Origin: the human T2T-CHM13v2.0 reference genome, Homo sapiens
Strand: one strand, 5' to 3'
DNA length: 64,000 bases
Assembly: GCF_009914755.1 (NCBI RefSeq)
Contig: NC_060934.1
Shown here: positions 1 to 12,500 of the stretch, one piece after another
Numbering within the stretch: position 1 is the stretch's first letter
How the letters are laid out: every line of letters begins with the position of its first letter
Program-made: the position numbers and the translations under genes
The notes under the pieces: model-generated
Database searches by the model: none
Seen by the model: the letters and a program-made list of their open reading frames with translations, nothing else
What the model was told of the DNA's origin: nothing

Positions 1-787
1 CTAGGGGACAGACAATTCTATGACCGCAAAGGTTGCAGAGTCTGTACATCCCTTCCTGATATTGTTCCTAATATCCAGGGGGGAAGAGGATGATATCAAA
101 TATGAAAGGGGGTGTACATCCCCCACCCCTACGATGTTGTTCTTAATAATCATGAGGGGAGACGATGATATTACTCCAAATATCGCAGGGATTGTTCACA
201 ACCCCCTGTGATATTGTTTCTGATATCCAGGGGGGGGGAGAAAATCATATTACTGCCAATATTGTAGGTGGTGTATACCCCACCTGAAATATGGCACCGA
301 ATATCCAAAGAGGGAGAGGATGGTATTCATACCAATATCGAAGTGTGTGTACACGCCCCTTGTGATATGGTTTTTAATATCCAGTGGGCGGGAGGATGAT
401 ATTAGTCCCAACATCCCAGAGGCTGTACACTACCCCTGTGATATTGTCCCTAACTTCCAGAGGGGAGAGGGTGGTATCACTCCCAGTATCTCAGAAGTTG
501 TACATCCCCCGTGATATTGTTCGTCATATCCAGGCAGGCGCAGGATGACATTCCATTGAATTTCGCGACAGGCGTACACGCACAGTGTGATATTGTTCCT
601 AATATCCAAGAAGGGAGAGGATGATATTACTCCCAATAAAGCAGTGGGTGTACATCACCCCTGTGTTATTGTCTCTAATGTCCGGGGCCGGGGGAGGGGG
701 GCAGAGGATAATATTCCCTCAAATTTAGCAGGTGGTTTGACGCCCCTTGTGGTGTTGTTTTACATATCCAGCGGGAAAGACAATAGT
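1..787. repeat. SATR1-like satellite array (~75-80 bp diverged units)
   Basis: Recurring unit GATATTACTCCCAATATCGCAGGGGGTGTACACCCCCTGTGATATTGTTCCTAATATCCAGGGGGAGAGGAT; ORFs here translate to repeated DITPNIAG/ILFLIS. Confidence 0.85.
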
Positions 788-3700
788 ACTGTTTTTGAAA
801 GTCCGATTCATCCGCTCCACCTTTCCGGAACTCTGAGGCCGGTAGGCGGCATGCAGTTTCCATGTGATCCCCAATACCTTTGCCGTCTTCTGTACCAAGG
901 CAGCCAAAAACACAGGCCCGTTGTCTGAGCCGATCCGTAAGGGCGGTCGAAATCTAGGAATCACATCTCGAAGAAGCACAGGGGTTACTTCATGAGCTTT
1001 CTCAGTTCATGTTGGATAGGCCTCCACCCACCCAGAGCAGGTACGCCCAAGAACTAGTACATACTTGTTACCTCCACACTTGGGCGTCTCTGTGAAGTCC
1101 ACCTGGAGACCTTCAAAGGGGGCTGCTCCATAAGCTCGTATGCCGGGCGGAACGGCTGCACCTTGCCCCGCATCATGCTGTCGGCAGGTAACACACCGCT
1201 GCCTCACAGTTTTGGCAAGGGCTGACAAAGGCGAGATGTAGAAATACCGGCCTAACAACTTTTCCAGTGACTCCTGACCTCGATGGGTGGTTTCTTGCAC
1301 AGCCAGTACAACTGCAGCTCCTAGCAGCTGTGGCACAGCTTCTCTCCCATGTGGTAACCGAATCCATCCTTCCTCCATCACTTGTCCTTCCCTCTACCTG
1401 GAGACAGTCCTTTTCTTCTTTAGAAGAAGCAGGTCCAAGATCAGGTGCTTGAGGGAGCACTGATGCCCAGAAGGGGGCAGATGCTGCTTTTCGAGCCTCT
1501 GAGTCAGCGCCGGAATTCCCCAAACCCAGCAAGGTGGAAGCTCGCTGGTGTCCTCTGCAATGCTTAACTGCCACCTTGTGGGGTCTCCATACTGCTTCTA
1601 ATCATTGGAAGATTTCTTGTTGATATTTTCTGTCTTTTCCCCCAGAGTTCAATAGGCCCTTTTCTTTCTATCACGCTACATGCACTTGAAGGGTTAAAAA
1701 GACATACCGAGAATCAGTGTAAATGTTGACAGTCTCACCCTCACTGAGTTCTAAGGCCCGAATGAAAGCAATGAGTTCAGCTTTCTGGGCTGAAGTGGCC
1801 TGGGGCAATGATCTGGCTTCAACAACAGTGCCCAGGGTTATCACTGCATACCCTGCACCTCTCTCTCCTTGGGGGTTGAAGAAGCTGCTCCCATCCACAT
1901 ATCGTTCCCAGTCTACTGATGCCCAAGGCTGGTCCCGGAAGTCAGGTCTGCTAGAGTCAATTGAGTCCAACACTTCTACACAATCAGGCTCGACAGGGCT
2001 CTCTGATACCTGCAGCAAGGTGGCGGGGTGTAGGGTGTTACAAACTTCAATGGTTATATGGGGACTTTCACAGAGCAAAGTTTCGTCCTTGGTGAGTCTG
2101 GCTTTCGTTAGCCAATGATGTCCTTTAGTGTTCATTAAAGTCACCACAGCACGGGAGGCCTTTATGTTCAAGTTTTGCCCAAGAGTCAGCTTATTTGCTT
2201 CTTGTACTGGCAGGGCAGTTGCTGCCAAGGCCTTCCAACAGGGGGGCCATCCTTTAGAAACCCCGTCTAGTTGTTGAGAGAGGTAGGCCACCGGCCTCGG
2301 CCAGGGACCCACAGTTTAGGATCAAAGTCCAGCTGCCATCTTTTCTCTCTCTGATGCATACAATGGAAAAGGCTTTGTCAGATCGGGTAGCCCCAGGGCT
2401 GGGGCAGCCAGAAGTTTTTCCTTTAACTCATGAAAGACTTGCTGTTGTTGGGATCCGCATTCCAAAAGTTCCCGGTCCCCGCCCCCTTGGTAACCTCATA
2501 CAAAGGCTGGCTAATTCTGCAAACTTTGGGATCCACAGTCTACAAAAGCCCACAGCTCCTAAGAATTCTCTTACCTACCTTCTGCCCTTAGGCTCCGCTA
2601 GATGGCAAATGATCTGCTTTCTTTCTGATCCCAGGTTGCGTTCCGACCCCTGTCGGATAGTCAATCCCAAGTAACCTACCTGCTGTCGGCAGATCTGAGC
2701 TTTCTTCTTGGACACCTTTTACCCACAGTCCTCCAGGTGCCGGTGTAGGGCATCTATTCCCTTGGCACACCCGACTGCCGTGGGGTGTCCCAGCAGAAGG
2801 TCATCAACCTACTGGAGCAACACGCAGCCTAGGTCTCTGCTGGGAAACTTCTGGAGGTCTCGAGCCCACGCGTCCCCGAGGATGGTGGGGAAGTTCTTGA
2901 ACTCATGGGGGAGACCGGTCCAAGTGTACTGAGTAGTGACACCTGACTCCGGATCTGCCCACTGAAAGGCAAACAGCTTCTGCCTCTCAGGGGCTAATCT
3001 GATAGCAAAGAAAACGTCTTTCAGGTCCAAGCAGGTGAACCAGCTGTCCTCAGCTGGCGGCAACCCCAACAATGTGGACGGGTTAGGTACTGTTGGATGG
3101 AAAGTCAGTGTAGCTTGATGAAGCAAGCGCAAATCCTGTACCAGCTGGTAGTCCTTGGTCCGTGGCTTGGGAACAGGCAGGAGGGGAGTGTTCCATGGAG
3201 ACTGACAAGGAACAATCATTCCAAAAGTTCTTAGGTGCTTGAGACGGACCTGGATACCTTGAAGGGCTTCTCTGGGGACCGGCTCCTGTTTTTGCCTCAC
3301 CGGCTGGGCCCCAGTATTAACTGGCAAATCCCGGAGGGTTGTCTTCTGCCCGTACTCTTGGCCACCGCTTAGCCAGTGCTGGTCTTCTCTCTTGGCTCGG
3401 CTCCGTTCAGAAAAGTCTCCATTCCTCCTCTTGGGGGACCATAAGGGTCATAATGACTCCCGTTCTGGGTAATCTTAGCAACGAAGAGCCATGCTCTGTC
3501 AAACAGATAGTGGTTCTCAGCTTGCTGAGCAAGTCCCTTCGCGAAAAGGTCAAGGGACAGTCAGGCATGTACCAAAACTGATGAATGACTTTATGTCCTC
3601 CTACAGTACAAGTCCGAGGCGAGCAGAAAGCTTGCTTTGCGGAAACCCCCGTGGCTCCGATGACGTCAACAGTCTTTTTGGATAAGGGGGCGACCGGGGC

Positions 3701-4862
3701 AGTTACTAGCGAATGTTCAGCACCGCTATCTACAAGAAAGTCAATGTCTCCACCCCCGATTGTCATTCTGACCAGAGGCTCTTTGGGGACGCTTGAGCCC
3801 GGTCTCCCTCAGTCCAATAACCCTTCTGCCAGGTTGAGCAGGGCCCCTTCCTCCTTTTCCGGGGCCTCCTGCTCTGAGTCACCTTGTTTTCTTTTGAGCT
3901 CAGGGCATTTTTTCTTCCACTGTCCTATTTCTTTACAATGAGCACACTGGTTACGCTGCAAACTCTGACAGCCAAGCTGAGTTTCTTTCCCAGGGCCCCC
4001 CTTCCCTTGCCTCTTTGCGGGGGCCCCTCTGATTGCTGCAGCTGACAAACAGGTAGGCGTGTCGCCGGGCCTGACCTCCATTCTCTTTGCCGTTTTCCTT
4101 ACGGCTTACTGCATCCCTGTTTACAAACACCTGGCTAGATATTTCTAGTAATTGGGATGGATTCATCCCTTCAAGCCCAGCCTGTTTGTCTAGTTTTCTT
4201 TTCATGTCTTCTGCACTTTGACGGACTAAAGCCATGTGAATCACGCGCTGATTTCAGGGCTATCGGGATCAAAGGGAGTATACCTACGATAGGCCTCCCA
4301 CAGTCTCTCGTAGAATTGTGCTGGACTTTCTTCTTTTCCCTGAATGACCTCAGAGAGCTTGTTAACGTTTGTGGCCTTCTGAGCTCCCCTCATTAATCCT
4401 TCCAAGAGAGCTTCCTTGTGTCGGTTTAGCCTTTGCATATCCTCTCTTCCATGTGGGTCCAACTGGGGGTCGGTTCCTGGCAACTGGGTCCTTCCATACT
4501 CTTGGGGATTTTGATAATCAGCTGGTGCATGTTCCTCTAGCCACTTAGTTGCTGCTTGGAGGACTCTCCGCCTTTCTTCGCTGTTAAAGAGGAACATGAG
4601 CAACTGGTGCCAATCAGCCCAGGTGTGGTTTTGGGTCTGGATAACAGCTTGGAGCAAATCAATTAGGGCTTGTGGCTTTTGGGTAGAGGGCGGTGTATTG
4701 TTTTTCCAGTTGAGAAGGTCGACGCAGGTGAAGGGCTGGTACCCAAAAACACGCCTCTCCACCACGTGACCATCCTCATCTATCCCAGTCTACCGCTGCT
4801 CTCTCAGGGGCATTTGTGTCCCCGTTTAGGGTCCTAAACGAGCTGCCGAGGGAGGGGTGCAA
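788..4862 (-). mobile_element. HERV-E-like (class I, gammaretroviral) internal fragment: 3' gag, protease, RT, RNase H and partial integrase; no LTR or env
   Basis: Gag CA (YQPFTCVDLLNWKNN...QGKEESPAQFYERL, 4241-4765), degenerate CCHC knuckle (CAHCKEIGQWKKKC), protease FLVDSGAE (3407-3766), RT SPWNTPLLPV/QDLR/LDLKD (2809-3327), RNase H YVDGSS/SAQKAELIA/IYTDSRY (1671-2312), IN LQVDF/GSDNGP/PQSSGKVERMN; many stops and frameshifts. Confidence 0.9.
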
Positions 4863-4879
4863 TGAAGCAATGCGACTTA

Positions 4880-5225
4880 CCGCAATTAATAATCTCAATT
4901 ATTAATTGACACTGATAATTATCAATATTAAAAACCCATAATATAATTTTTAAAATCAATACCGATAATAATCATAACTAATATTAAATAGTTATACTAA
5001 CGATAACAATACATGATTAATATTAATGATTAATGACGCCTGCTACTAATAACTGATATTGATCTTATTCATTAGAAAACGGTAATATTAGCTCCTAATA
5101 ATTGATATTAATATTAATAATCTGAAAACATTTTATTAGCAATTATTTCTTAATATTAATATTAATATCGGTCATTCATATTCATGTTAATAATAAATGA
5201 GGAATAATTCATACTAATATTACGC
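4880..5225. repeat. AT-rich low-complexity (TAA/ATT) tract
   Basis: Almost pure A/T with repeated ATTAAT/AATATT between the HERV gag end and the satellite. Confidence 0.9.
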
Positions 5226-5870
5226 CCTAATACCTCAGTGGGTGTACACCCACCTGCGATATTGCTCCTAATGTCCAGAGAGGGAGAGAGCATGATATTA
5301 CGTTCAAAATCGCAGTAGGTGTACACCCAGCCGGTGATATTGATCTGAATATAATCTGCGGGGGTGGAGTATGACGTTACATTCAATATAGCACTGTGTG
5401 TGCATCCACCAGGTGACTTTGCTCCTAATATTCACGGAAGAAGAGAATGCTATTACTCCCAACATCGCAGGAAGTGTACACCCCCGTGTGAGATGGTCCT
5501 TAAAAATATTCCAAGGTAGAGGGGGTGATATGACTACATATATGGCAAAGAGTGGACACCCCCAAGGATATTGTTCGCATGATCCCGGAGGGAAGAGGAT
5601 AATATTACTTTCAATATCACAGAAGGTGGACAAGCCCCCAATGATATTGTTTCTAATTTCAACGTGGGAGAGGAGGACATGACACCCGATATCCAAGGGA
5701 GTAGAAACACCCCTGTGATACTGTTCCAAATATTCAGGGAGGAAGAGGATGATATGACTCCCAATGCACACGAGTGTACAACTTCTGTACACCCTCGGTG
5801 TACACAGGTCTGTGAAACAGTTCATAATGTGCAGAGGGGAAGATGATATTACTCACAATATGATAAACAG
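5226..5870. repeat. SATR1-like satellite
   Basis: Same GTGTACACCC / GATATTACTCC / GAGAGGATGAT motifs as 1-787. Confidence 0.8.
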
Positions 5871-6480
5871 GCTGTGAGTCCACCGCGGATCCTAAGAGCC
5901 AGGGGGGCAAGAGGGGCTGGCTCTTTACTCCCCGCATCGCGGGGGGCGCCTCGCCCCCCTGCGATGGGGGTCGTCATACCCCGGAGTCGAGAGGGTGGTG
6001 ATATGACTCCTCGTATCGCGGAGTGCGCCCGCCCCCCTGCAATGTGGATCGTCATATCCAGGGTGGGAGATTGGGGTGATATTACTCCCCGCAAGGAGGG
6101 GGGCGTCGGCCCCCCTGCGATGTGGTTCGTCATATCCGGTGGGGAGTGGGGGTTGATATTACTCCCCTTATGTGGGCGGGCGCCCGCCCCTCGGCGATGT
6201 GGATCTTCATATCCAGGGTTGGAGTGGGGGATGATTTTACTCCCCGAATCGCGTGGGCTCCCGCCCCCATGAGTCGTGGATCGTAATATCCACGGGGGAT
6301 GGGCGGGTGATATTACTCCCCGCATCGCTGGTCGCCCGCGCCCCTGCGATGTGGCTCGGAATATCTAGGCGGAGAGTGGGGTGCGATATTACTCCCCGCA
6401 TCTCGGTGGCCCACCGCCCTCCTGCGATGTGGATCGTAATATCCAGCGGGGAGAGCGGGGTGATATTACTCCCTGATTTT
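5870..6480. repeat. GC/CpG-rich variant of the SATR unit (CpG-island-like)
   Basis: Units GATATTACTCCCCGCATCGCG...CCCCTGCGATGTGGATCGTAATATCC repeated ~8 times with abundant CpG. Confidence 0.8.
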
Positions 6481-6559
6481 TCCTGGGATCCTTTCTATGC
6501 TGCCACCCTCGGTTCACTCCCTGGGACATTATCTTCCATATTCTAGCAAGATGCGGCTG

Positions 6560-9015
6560 ATAAAGTCGCAGGGGTATACACCCTTCAATATTATTCGTAA
6601 TTTTGTAGGGGAATGTTAGACCTGATGTCACAGGACTCTGTACACTGTGATGTTATTCCCAATATTCTAGCTTTACCTTAATCATAATGTCACATTGTGT
6701 GTACACCTTGTGGTGTTATTCTTATTCTCCTAAAGGGAGGTTGCATTTATTGTCACACGGGGTATGTTCCTTTTGATATTATCCATAATGTCCTAGAGGG
6801 ATGTCACCCCTTATGTCACAGGGTTTGTACGCCTTGTCCAATTACTCTTATTATCCTCATAAGATGTCACTCCTCATATCACAGAGGGTGTACACTCTGT
6901 GATATTTTTGTCATATTCTAGGGAAATGTTACTTTTAATGTCACAGAGGGTGCACACCTTGTGAAACTATTCTTTATAATTTTGTGGGGTGTTACCCCTA
7001 ACGTCACACGGCGTGTTCACACAGTGATGCTACGTGCAATATGCTATGGAAATGCTGCTCGTAATTCACAGGTCCTGTACACCCTTTCATATTCTTCGTA
7101 ATCTAGGAAAACGTTACTGCTAATGTCACAGGGCGTGTAGATCCTGTTATCAAATTCCTAATATCCTAGCGGGAGTTCACTACTCATTTCTCAATGCGTG
7201 TACACCCTTTGATATTATTCATATTGTCTTGAAGAGATGTTACTACTGATGTCCCAATGCGGGTACATTCTCTGATCTTATTCGTTATATCCTCGGGGGA
7301 TGTTACTTCTAATGTCACACGGGGTGTACTCCCTGTGTTCTATTTCATAATATCCTAGGGCAATTTGACTTTTAATGACACATGGGGTGTACACATTGTG
7401 ATATTATTTGTGATATTCTAGAAAGATATTACTCCTAATGTCACAGGGCTGTACAGCCTGTGATAGTATTCATAATTTCCCAGGGGTCTATACTCCTATT
7501 GGCACAGACGATAACACCCTGTGACATTATTTGTAATATTCTAGCGAGATGATACTCCTCATGTCACAGGTGGTGTACACCCCGTGTTAGTATTCTTACT
7601 ATTCTAGGGGGATGTTACTCCTAACATCACAGGGAGGTACACCCTGTGATATTACTCATAGTGTACCAGAGGGATATTAGCACTCATGTCACGATGCATG
7701 TACACTTTGTTATATTATTTGTCATATCCTAATGTCACAGGAGGTGTGTTCTGTGTGATATTCTTCCTAACATCCTAGACGGATGTTGCTCCTAACGTCA
7801 CAGGGTGTGTACATCTTGTCAAATCATTCACAATATCCTAAAACTATGTTATTCCTCAGGTCACAGGGGGTGTTCACCCTGTGATATTTTTCATCATAGC
7901 TTTGTGGGATGTTACTCCTAAAGTCACATGGGGTGTACACAGAGTCACACAGTGATATGAGTTGTAACATTCTATAGACATGTTACTCGTAAATCACAGG
8001 GGCTGTACCTCCTTTGATATTATTCATAGTATTCTAGGGGAATGTTGATACTATTGTCACGGAGGTGTACACCCTGTGATGTGACTCGTCATCCCAGCGG
8101 GATGTTACTACTAATGTCACAATGCCTGTACACCCTGTGATACTATTTGTAATATCCTAAAGAGATGTTACTACTAAGGTCACAGTGCATGTACACCCTC
8201 TGATATTATTCGTTATATCCTTTGGGGGTGTTACTCCTCATGTCACATGGGGTGTACTCCCTGTCATATTATTCGTAATATCCAAGGGGGATGTTATTTT
8301 TAATGTCACCGGGGGTGACATTACGCATTAAAAATGCGTATTCAACCCCAGTGATACTATTCCTAATATCCTAGGGGCATGCTCTTCCGAATGTCACATG
8401 GGGTGTACACCATGTGTGTACACCTGCTGTGATATTATTCGTAATATCCTAGGGAATTGTTACTCCTGATGACACAGGTGGTGTACACCTTGTGTGTACC
8501 CCTCCTGTTTTATTATTCATAATATCCTAGGGGGATGTTTCTTTTAATGTCACAAAGAGTGTACAAAACGTCACAGGAGGTGTACACGTTGTGGCGTGAT
8601 CTGCAATACCCTAGAAGAATGTTACTCCTAATAAGTCACAGGCTTGTACAAGCTTTGATGTTATTTATAATCTCATAGAGAGATATTACTTCAAATATCA
8701 CAGTGGATGTACACACATAGTGTATACCCTGTGACAGTATTCATAATATCCTAGGGAGATACAACTCCTGATATCACAGTGCGTGTACCCCTGGTGTGTA
8801 CACCCTTGATGTTAGTCGTAATATCCAGGGTAAATATTACTCCTCATATCACACAGTGTGCACACCCTGTGATATTTTTCATCGTACTTTAGGGAGATAT
8901 TGCTTCTAATATCACAGTGGGTGTACCCCATGTGTGTATACTCTGTGACAGTATATTCTATATCCTAGGGAGGTATTACTCCTAATATCACAGTGGGTGT
9001 TCACCCTGTGACTTC
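6560..9015. repeat. SATR2-like satellite array (~62-78 bp units)
   Basis: Recurring TCCTAATGTCACAGGGGGTGTACACCCTGTGATATTATTCGTAATATCCTAGGGGGATGTTAC. Confidence 0.85.
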
Positions 9016-9019
9016 ATTC

Positions 9020-10043
9020 TTATTTGACCTTGCTGCCTTTTTTAACCCACACTACAAAAGGAATGGAACAAATAAGAAGATATTGAGATGAGATCGTGCT
9101 GCCATGTGGCCGCTGCAGGACACTTTTCATATCCCTGTTTCTCAGGCTGTAGATGAAGGGGTTCGGCATGGGGATGACCACCGTGTACATCACTGAGGCC
9201 ACTGCAGCCTTTCTCGGGGAAGATGACACATCTGAACCGAGGTAGCCTCCAATGCCTGTTCCATAAAATCAGCAAACAACTGACAGGTGAGACCCACAGG
9301 TGGAGAAGGCCTTATACTTCCCACCTGATGATGAAACCCTTAGAATGGAGAAAACAATTTTATTGTAAGAGAAAAGGGTCCCCGAGATGGGAAGAAAACC
9401 AAATATGGCGGCAGGGAAATACATGATTATGTTATTGGTGAAGGTGCCACAATATGCAAGATGGGGAGTTGAGAAGGGTCACAGAAGAAATTAGGAATTT
9501 CCACATCCTTGAAGCAGGTCCTTTGTAAGGCAATCAAGTTGTGCAGCTGGGCGTCTAAAAGACTGAGAAAAAAAAAAGACAACAAAACTAGAAAGCCACA
9601 GAAACATGGGTTCATGATGGCTGAATGATATAGAGGGTGACAGATGGCTACAAACCGCTCATAGGCTATCACACTCAGGAGCATGTCTCTCTTCCATGCC
9701 TCCAAAAATGGCAAAGAGAGACATCTGAGTCAGGCAGCCTGCGTAGGAGATGACTCTGCTGTGAGACTGGATGTCCACAATCATCTTGGGGACCGTGGTG
9801 GAGGTGAAACCGATGTCAGGCAGGGACAGGTTGGAGAGGAAGAAGTACATGGGGATGTGGAGGTGGGAGTCAGGGCTGACGGCCAGGATGATGAGCAGGT
9901 TCCCCAGCACCGTGACCAGGCACATGGACAGGCACAGCCCAGTGAGGACCGGCTGCCATTCTGGATCCTCTGAGCTTCTAGGAGGAGGAATATAGAGACA
10001 TCTGTTAGATTCTGTGGGTCTGTAGAGATTGGACAACTTTTGC
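9020..10043 (-). pseudogene. Olfactory receptor family 7E pseudogene (by position probably OR7E26P)
   Basis: OR motifs [47 protein letters not shown] split across frames; frameshifts and TM6 stop VVC*FYG at 9269-9271. Confidence 0.92.
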
Positions 10044-10797
10044 CTAGAAAAGAGGGTTGAGAAATCGGAAACAAGTAAACCGACACCCAGCATCGTGTCT
10101 GCATTTTGGATAGAAGCAATTCACAAGTCATGTTTTCAGATTTCAGAGCAATCCACACTCAGCAATAGTTTGCACTTCTGACAATCTCAATTGTCTTCTA
10201 ATGCTTTCATCATTGATTTCTGTGTGATTCACTTCTTGTTGTACACACCTGCCTCAGAGACACTAGATTCAAGAATGTTCCAAGAACGAGATCATCCTAT
10301 ATAACAAATTCGTCATTGCTAGAAAATACAGCCTATCTTTACCGACGGAAACTATGTAATCAAACCATTCTCTTCACTTTAAGAAAAAGGTTATCCTAAT
10401 TAAAGGAAATTAAGAACTCAAATATTTTATTTTATTCGAATAGACTGATACAAATTCCCTTGATTTAGAACATCTGTAAACACCGTATAACTGCTGAGAC
10501 CATGCCATCTGGAAATGAAATTAAAGTTGATAGTTCATAAGCAGAGAATAGTTCCACAGGCCGGTTGGATCCTATTGATTTCATCATTCTGTTTTCTGAC
10601 TTTTCACCTTCAAGAGAGGAATTGCTTCCTCAAATCTGTGGGTCTTGTTTTAAAATTCATGGAAGCTGTAACTCCTGTCCTTAGCTTTGGTGGACTTAGC
10701 GTTTTCATCAGAACGTTTGGCCGGACGCGGTGGCTCACGCCTGTGATCCCAGCACTTTGGGAGGCCGAGGAGGGCGGATCACGAGGTCAGGAGATCA

Positions 10798-11010
<213 letters not shown>

Positions 11011-12299
11011 TTAAAAAAAGTACACGCTCTGTCACACTGACGTCACACTGATGACAGCCAATTTTTGTGAACCAAGGAAGTGTCAATTCAATAATTCACA
11101 TAGATGTTGACTTTGGCTATCTCCTATGTGCCAAGCGAGATATAGGCTCTGGGGAATCAGAAACAAAAGAGACTCACTTGTTCCTCTCACAATACTCAGG
11201 ACTTACTGAGATAAGGACAAAAGAAAATGTCCTGTCTGGAATGCAGGGAAACCAGAACTTCAGGTCAGGGGATATTTCCGTTGAACCGTATGGAGTTTAA
11301 GCTGAAAATATTAACGAATGTATCTAAAATTCACTTTGCCTTGACTTTACGCATCCATCACACAGAGATCACGCAGCGGGCACCCACGATCGGTTTCATC
11401 GTCGCTCACTTCCATTGGATCAACTAGAAATCAACTCAGATGAGAGTGCTGAGTCTCAGAAGATGGACGTCTCACCCCTTGCCATACAGATAAGTAGAAA
11501 GGGCGGTATTGAAAATTAATGGCCAGACTCTAACTCCTGCATACCATACTTGATGGTCTCCAAACTCTCAAAAAGTTGTGGGGTTTTTTTGTTTTTGTTC
11601 TTGTTTTTTTTTTTTTTTTTTTTTTTTTGAGACGCAGTCTCTTTCTCTTGCCCAGGCTGGAGTCCAGTGGAGTGATCTTGGCTCACTGCAACCTCCGCAT
11701 CCCAGGTTCAAGCTATTCTCTTGCCTCAGCCTGCCGAATAGCTGAGATTACAGGCACCCACCACTACACCCAGCTCATTTTGTTCTCTTTTTAGGAGAGA
11801 CGGGGTTTCACCATGTTGGCCAGGCTGGTCTCGAACACCTGATCTTGTGATTCACCTACCTCAGACTCCCAAAGTGCTGGGATTACAGGCGTGAGCCACC
11901 GCGCCCAGCTTCCAAAAGTTTTCAACAGAGCTCAGAGGTCTTAACCACAGGCACATCTGAGGAGCATTTCTGAAATGGTTTCCAGCTTCCTCAATAGGAA
12001 TGGAAGCCAAACCCTGAATTGATGACTCCTTGGAGGAAGTCGAGAGCTGTAAGGAAAGCCAGGAACAGGGGCAAGGGAGCGATGCATCCCAAATGATCCT
12101 GTGCCAATTCTTTCTGGAATCTTTGATGTGATCTCAGCTGCCCTTTCCATACTTGACACAGTGATTGCGGCACCCACTGGTCTAGCTGTGGTCTACAAGG
12201 AACCCCCAAAGGGAAGGGCACAGTGAGCAGGGGCATCGGCCTGACTGACAAGGATTGGAGGGGGCAGGTTGGATGCAGGGTGAGGAATGGCCAAATGTC

Positions 12300-12500
12300 A
12301 TGTGTCTGGCCTTAGACTGCCTGGTTCAGATTGGGCTTCACCCTTTTTGACTTCATGATCTGGTACAAGTTATATGAAAATGTGTTGCTCCTTTTCTAGT
12401 CTGTAAAATAATCATGAAATGTGCACTAATAACTGGGAGACTACACAGATGAAATGAAACAAGTAGCATAGACCACAGAGCTCAGAGCCTGCCTTTAGGA
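12300..12500 (+). mobile_element. MIR fragment
   Basis: AGACTGCCTGGTTCAGATT...TTTCTAGTCTGTAAAAT resembles the MIR core. Confidence 0.5.

Noticed and set aside
788-4862. Functional retroviral Gag/Pol or domesticated ERV gene
   Set aside because: Stop in YVDD, His lost from the CCHC knuckle, many frameshifts, no LTR
20-6921. ORFs with repeated DITPNIAG/ILFLIS peptides, including the Pro/Gly-rich ORFs at 5849-6546
   Set aside because: Translations of satellite units in several frames on both strands; no gene structure
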